From Deltaproteobacteria bacterium RIFOXYA12_FULL_61_11 (GTDB taxonomy: Bacteria > Bdellovibrionota_F > JAHFAK01 > YA12-FULL-61-11): 19,441 nucleotides of DNA. Shown here piece after piece: positions 15,631 through 19,441 of this stretch (position 1 is the first letter of the stretch; every line of letters starts with the position of its first letter). The notes under the pieces were generated by a model. The model was given only the letters and a program-made list of their open reading frames with translations. It had not been told where the DNA came from and did not search any database. A program made the position numbers and the translations under genes. The stretch lies in NCBI GenBank assembly GCA_001799195.1, contig MGSU01000028.1:1-19441 (forward strand), in the 5' to 3' direction.

Positions 15631-15846
15631 TCAACCGCGGTAAATGATGCGGCCTCGGGTGAGGTCGTATGGGGAGAGTTCGAGTTTGACGGCATCCCCA
15701 GGGAGGATCTTGATATAGTGCATGCGCATTTTGCCGCTGATGTGGGCCAGAACCGTATGCCCATTCTCCAACTCGACCCGGAACATCGTGTTCGGAAGGG
15801 CTTCCAACACTTTGCCCTGTACTTCGATCATGTCCTTCTTGCTCAT
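15631..15846 (-). CDS. infA: Translation initiation factor IF-1.
   Basis: '[70 protein letters not shown]' is near-identical in pattern to bacterial IF-1 (S1-like OB fold). AAGGTG 5 nt upstream of the ATG at 15846. Confidence 0.95.
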   Translation of the reverse strand: MSKKDMIEVQGKVLEALPNTMFRVELENGHTVLAHISGKMRMHYIKILPGDAVKLELSPYDLTRGRIIYRG

Positions 15847-16000
15847 GTCCGCACCTTGTGCGTCCTCCATCGGTGATGGGTCAAGGGGGTACGCGGCACA
15901 CGCTGCGCCGCTCCTGTTTAACCGCGAGCCCGTGCCGAGTCAACACCTTTCTCCCGAGGCGTTGGGTCGATAGTGACATGCTTGCAATCCCCCCATCGAC

Positions 16001-16015
16001 TTGTTAGGGTAACAA
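16001..16015. promoter_or_regulatory. Inverted repeat TTGTTA-GGG-TAACAA about 45 nt upstream of the MinD-PilZ gene, followed by the direct repeat CCTCAGGTT/CCTCAAGGTT.
   Basis: Read directly: 6-bp perfect arms with a 3-nt spacer. Downstream direct repeats at 16016-16035. It lies in the 214-nt divergent infA / MinD-PilZ intergenic region. Confidence 0.5.
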
Positions 16016-16060
16016 CCTCAGGTTCCTCAAGGTTAGACGACGGAGCGGCCGAGAACGGGC

Positions 16061-17407
16061 ATGGCCTCGACGATCAATAAAATCATCATCGGCGTGGGCG
16101 GCGGCAAGGGCGGCACGGGCAAGTCCATTGTTGCCAGCAACCTAGCCATCTCCCTGGCCATGGCGAACAAGAAGGTGATCATCGTCGACGCTGACCTTGG
16201 CGCCTCGAATCTCCACTCCCTCTTCGGCCTCGTCACCCCGCCGAAAACGCTCGATGACTTCGTCAACCGGAACGTCGAGGACCTCAACTCGGTCCTCATC
16301 GACACGGCCGTGCCGAACCTCAAGCTCATCTGCGGCGGAGTCGCCATGGTCGGGTTGGCCGACCCGACTTTCGAGCAGAAAGCCAGGCTCATCAACGGAA
16401 TCAACACGCTGGACACCGATTACCTGGTGGTGGACATCGGTGCCGGCTCCTCTCTAACGTCCGTGGACTTCTACAACAACGCCCACATCAAGATCCTGGT
16501 CTTCTCGGCCCAGCTCACCTCGTTGCAGAACGGATACGGTTTCCTCAAGACTGCGGTCTACCAGCGCATCACCCGGGCCCTGCGCCGCAAGTACGGCACC
16601 CAGGACAAACGCCTCGACAGCCTCGACGTGCTCGTCCGCAACGCCGACCAAGTCAAGAACATCCTCCAGGTCCTCGAGAAGCTCAACCCCGAGTACCGCG
16701 CCACGGTCGAACAAGAACTGAAGCATTACAACACGTTCATCATCGGCAATATGTTCCGCGAGGAGAACAGCCGCGACACCTTGCTCTCGATGCAGACGAT
16801 CATCCGGGACTACCTCAACCTGCAGGCCGATATCCTCGGCGTGCTCAGCCATCGCCAGACCATCCACGATTCGATCAACCGCATGAAACCCTTCATGCTC
16901 ACCGTCAAGAACAAGAGCGACGTCGACTACATCACCTTCCTCAACGTCGCCAAGAAAGTGCTCCATCTCAAGATCGACCTCGCTCTCTCAGGCCAGGACA
17001 ACTTCTTCCAGGCGGGGAAATACGACGAGCAGTACAAAGCGGATGCGGCCCCCGGCGCCAAACCCCCGACCGATGGCCACCTGTTACCGGACGAGTTGAT
17101 CAAGAGCATGCTCGAGGACAGCCAACGAAAGAGCACCGGTCTCGCCGCTCAACTCTTCACCGATACCCAGGTCGTGGACGTGGTCATCAAGCAGATCTCG
17201 ATGAAGGGCGTCCTGGTGCTTACGCCAAAGGGCTGGACCTACGATAAAGCCTTCGAACGCATCCGCATCTTCATCGACGGCGACGGACTCACCTTTCTGG
17301 CCAAGGCCGTGGTCGTGGACGCGAACAAGTCCTTGGTGGGCTTTCGTTTCCGCGATATCACCAGGCTCAAGACGATCGTACTCTACGAGCTCATCTCGCA
17401 ACTCTGA
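16061..17407 (+). CDS. MinD/FlhG/ParA-family P-loop ATPase (N-terminal ~270 aa) fused to a C-terminal PilZ-like domain.
   Basis: Deviant Walker A 'GVGGGKGGTGKS', 'VIIVDADLGASNLHSLFG' (MinD/FlhG-type), and Walker B 'YLVVDIGAG'. The C-terminal ~110 aa has PilZ-like topology ('ISMKGVLVL', 'IRIFIDGDGLTFLAKAVVV', 'LVGFRFRDI...LYEL'), but the RxxxR motif is degenerate ('QRKST') and the DxSxGG motif reads 'QISMKG'. Confidence 0.8.
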   Translation: MASTINKIIIGVGGGKGGTGKSIVASNLAISLAMANKKVIIVDADLGASNLHSLFGLVTPPKTLDDFVNRNVEDLNSVLIDTAVPNLKLICGGVAMVGLADPTFEQKARLINGINTLDTDYLVVDIGAGSSLTSVDFYNNAHIKILVFSAQLTSLQNGYGFLKTAVYQRITRALRRKYGTQDKRLDSLDVLVRNADQVKNILQVLEKLNPEYRATVEQELKHYNTFIIGNMFREENSRDTLLSMQTIIRDYLNLQADILGVLSHRQTIHDSINRMKPFMLTVKNKSDVDYITFLNVAKKVLHLKIDLALSGQDNFFQAGKYDEQYKADAAPGAKPPTDGHLLPDELIKSMLEDSQRKSTGLAAQLFTDTQVVDVVIKQISMKGVLVLTPKGWTYDKAFERIRIFIDGDGLTFLAKAVVVDANKSLVGFRFRDITRLKTIVLYELISQL

Positions 17408-17426
17408 GCTACTGACAACGCTGTTC

Positions 17427-18080
17427 TCAGGCTTTGATGACCGTACCGTGGGGATGGAACCCCCGCACGTTGACGCACGGGTAGACCATGGCCCTGCGCC
17501 CGAGCATGGTCCCGGGTGAGGTCACGCTGTTGCAGCCGGTCTCGACCCCGTCGCCGAGTATTGCCCCGAACTTCCGGAGACCGCTGTCGAAACGCTGTCC
17601 GGCCAGGACGACCGAGACGGTGCCGCGCACGATCTTGAGGTTGGCCAGCTTGGTTCCGGCTCCCAGATTGACGTTGCTCCCGAGCACGCTGTCGCCGATG
17701 TAGGCGAAGTGCCCGGCTTTGGCTCCGCTGAGGAAGATCGAATTCTTGACTTCGGTGGCATGCCCGACCACGCAATGGTCGCCGATCCAGACCCCCCCGC
17801 GGATGTAAGCCCCGTGGCGGATCTCGCAATCGCGGCCGATGATCGTGGGACCTTTGATGTAGGCCCCGGGTTCCACCACCGTACCCGCGCCGAGGTAGAC
17901 GTCTTCGTCGACGAAGGCTCCGGCCATGACCCTGCCCTCTCGCCCCGGGACGAGCCGGATTTTCACGAACTCCACCAATGGGGCACCGAGGAGGTCCCAG
18001 ACGTGGTCACAGGCCGTCAACAAAGAGGCCAGGCCGGGATCGGGTTGCTCGAAATAATAATCGACACCGAGTTCTTCCAT
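17427..18080 (-). CDS. Hexapeptide-repeat (left-handed beta-helix) transferase-family protein.
   Basis: Repeating [LIV]-G-x-x-x-x hexapeptides: 'VYLGAGTVVEPGAYIKGPTIIGRDCEIRHGAYIRGGVWIGDHCVVGHATEVKNSIFLSGAKAGHFAYIGDSVLGSNVNLGAGT'. GGAGAGG RBS upstream of the ATG at 18080. It is 14 nt downstream of the hflC stop on the same strand. Confidence 0.78.
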   Translation of the reverse strand: MEELGVDYYFEQPDPGLASLLTACDHVWDLLGAPLVEFVKIRLVPGREGRVMAGAFVDEDVYLGAGTVVEPGAYIKGPTIIGRDCEIRHGAYIRGGVWIGDHCVVGHATEVKNSIFLSGAKAGHFAYIGDSVLGSNVNLGAGTKLANLKIVRGTVSVVLAGQRFDSGLRKFGAILGDGVETGCNSVTSPGTMLGRRAMVYPCVNVRGFHPHGTVIKA

Positions 18081-18094
18081 GGGCCTCTCCGGGA

Positions 18095-19042
18095 TCAGCG
18101 AGACGATTTGTCCAGGTAGCGGAACAGCTCGTTGTTTGAGGACATCAACAATTTGATTTGATGGGGTTGCATGCTGCGATAGGCCTGCAACGTGCGATAG
18201 AAAGCATAGAACTCCGGGTCGCGGTTGAAGGCCTCGGCATAGATCTTCGTGGACTCGGCATCTGCGGTGCCCTCGATCTCCTTGGCCTTGCGGTAGGCTT
18301 CGGAATCGATGCGCTTCAGCTCTTTCTCCATGGCGCCGAGGATCTTGGCCTTCTCTCCCTGTCCTTCACTGCGGTATTTCTCGGCGATCCGGTTGCGTTC
18401 GGAGATCATGCGTTCGTAGACCTTCTTGCGCACCTCCTCGATATAATTGACCTGTTTGATCTTGACGTCGAGCACCTCGATGCCGAAGACCTTGAGGGTC
18501 TCGTCGTGGATCTCCTTGTGGACCTGGGCCATGATTTCGTCCCGGCCATAGGTCATGGCGACTTCTTCTTCCTTGACGGCTTCGAAGTCGGCAGCCTCGT
18601 CGTCAACGGTGCTGAGGGGCTGCTTGTTGGTCCTCACCAATTCGAGCAGGAGGTGCTCGGTGATGTTGTTCCGGACCACGCTGTCGATGATACCGTCAAG
18701 GCGGGCGTAGGCGCCGGTCTCGTTACGCACCGAGACGAAGAACTTGAGCGGATCGACGATGCGCCAGCGCGCCGTAGTGTCGACGAAGATGTATTTCTTG
18801 TCCTTGGTCACTATCTCTCGCGGATTGCCGTCCCAGCGCAAGATGCGGTTCGGCAGGAAGTGGGCGGTCCGCCAGGGCAGTTTGAAATGGAGGCCTGCCT
18901 TGGTGATGGCTGTGCCGAGCGGTTGACCGAACTCGGTGATGATGGCCTGTTCCATCTCGCTGACGGTGAAGAAGACGAAGCGGCCGCCCAGGAATAGGGC
19001 AAGGCCAATGATGGCTATCAAAATCGCGAGGTTGCGTTTCAT
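18095..19042 (-). CDS. hflC: Band-7/SPFH protease modulator HflC.
   Basis: N-terminal TM 'MKRNLAILIAIIGLALFLGG' followed by an SPFH domain and a charged coiled-coil region. The ATG at 19042 overlaps the hflK stop at 19039 (ATGA). Confidence 0.88.
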   Translation of the reverse strand: MKRNLAILIAIIGLALFLGGRFVFFTVSEMEQAIITEFGQPLGTAITKAGLHFKLPWRTAHFLPNRILRWDGNPREIVTKDKKYIFVDTTARWRIVDPLKFFVSVRNETGAYARLDGIIDSVVRNNITEHLLLELVRTNKQPLSTVDDEAADFEAVKEEEVAMTYGRDEIMAQVHKEIHDETLKVFGIEVLDVKIKQVNYIEEVRKKVYERMISERNRIAEKYRSEGQGEKAKILGAMEKELKRIDSEAYRKAKEIEGTADAESTKIYAEAFNRDPEFYAFYRTLQAYRSMQPHQIKLLMSSNNELFRYLDKSSR

Positions 19043-19441
19043 CGGGCACCTCCGGGTTGCGCAGATCGACCCTTGCCGGTGAGATCCAGGAGGGGCAAGA
19101 GCTGCCGCTGGCCCTCGTCGATGACATAGAGTTCGTCCACCTTGGGCAGGAATTCGAGCATGGCCTCGAGGTAGAGGCGTTTCCTCGTCACCTCCTTGGC
19201 CTTGCGGTATTCCTCCCAGATCGAGGAGAACTGGGAGGCATCGCCCATGGAGCGGTTGACCCGGTCGAGGGCATACCCGTGCGCTTTTTCGATCATCTGC
19301 TCAGCTTCTCCCCGGGCCTTGGGGATGTTCTTGTTGTACTCCTGGTTGGCCTCGTTGATCATCTTCTCTTTGTCTTGCTTAGCCTTGTTGACGTCATTGA
19401 AGGAGGCTTTGACCTCCTCGGGGGGGTTGACATTCTGGAGC
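19039..19441 (-). CDS. hflK: HflK (SPFH family), C-terminal part only. The gene starts beyond the window end; the frame is open to nt 19441.
   Basis: Translating upstream of the listed Met at 19362 continues without a stop: '...LQNVNPPEEVKASFNDVNKAKQDKEKMINEANQEYNKNIPKARGEAEQMI...'. This matches the conserved HflK 'PPEEVKAAF' block. Confidence 0.85.
   Translation of the reverse strand, partial: LQNVNPPEEVKASFNDVNKAKQDKEKMINEANQEYNKNIPKARGEAEQMIEKAHGYALDRVNRSMGDASQFSSIWEEYRKAKEVTRKRLYLEAMLEFLPKVDELYVIDEGQRQLLPLLDLTGKGRSAQPGGAR

Noticed and set aside
1-19441. Search for CRISPR repeats, tRNA/rRNA signatures (e.g. GGTTCGAATCC T-loops), IS terminal inverted repeats, and integrase/transposase ORFs.
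   Set aside because: None was seen on either strand by eye. The intergenic regions are short (at most ~270 nt) and lack tRNA-like or array-like structure.

Overview
High-GC bacterial chromosomal window containing 18 protein-coding genes (two cut by the window edges); no rRNA, tRNA, CRISPR array or recognisable IS/transposase/integrase was found on either strand.

Gene content, left to right:
- the 3' part of a large Ig-like (Big_1-type) surface protein;
- a DUF21/CNNM-CBS membrane protein plus a TIGR02147/DUF4423-like HTH protein;
- a Bacillus/Bacteroides-type (type B) succinate dehydrogenase/fumarate reductase operon sdhC-sdhA-sdhB;
- a lipoprotein carrying a lamin-tail domain;
- a convergent speH-coaE pair (S-adenosylmethionine decarboxylase, dephospho-CoA kinase);
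- malate dehydrogenase;
- a secreted, very hydrophobic helical protein behind an AT-rich promoter region;
- a minus-strand cluster infA - secreted 365-aa protein - outer-membrane-like protein with a ~60-residue poly-Glu/Asp tract;
- a MinD/FlhG-type ATPase fused to a PilZ-like domain;
- hflK-hflC followed by a hexapeptide-repeat protein.

The first ~10 kb (the sdh region) looks clearly more GC-rich than the second half. Hand counts of two 100-nt samples gave about 68% GC at 5701-5800 (sdhA) versus about 56% at 13301-13400 (the OMP-like gene).

Most unusual items:
- the poly-acidic OMP-like gene and its neighbours;
- the MinD-PilZ fusion;
- the hydrophobic secreted protein at 12116-13093;
- the LTD lipoprotein;
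- several perfect palindromes in 5' leader regions.

I see no single complete, well-defined novel system; these are candidates for follow-up. All domain calls are from motif recall by eye. None was verified by a search.
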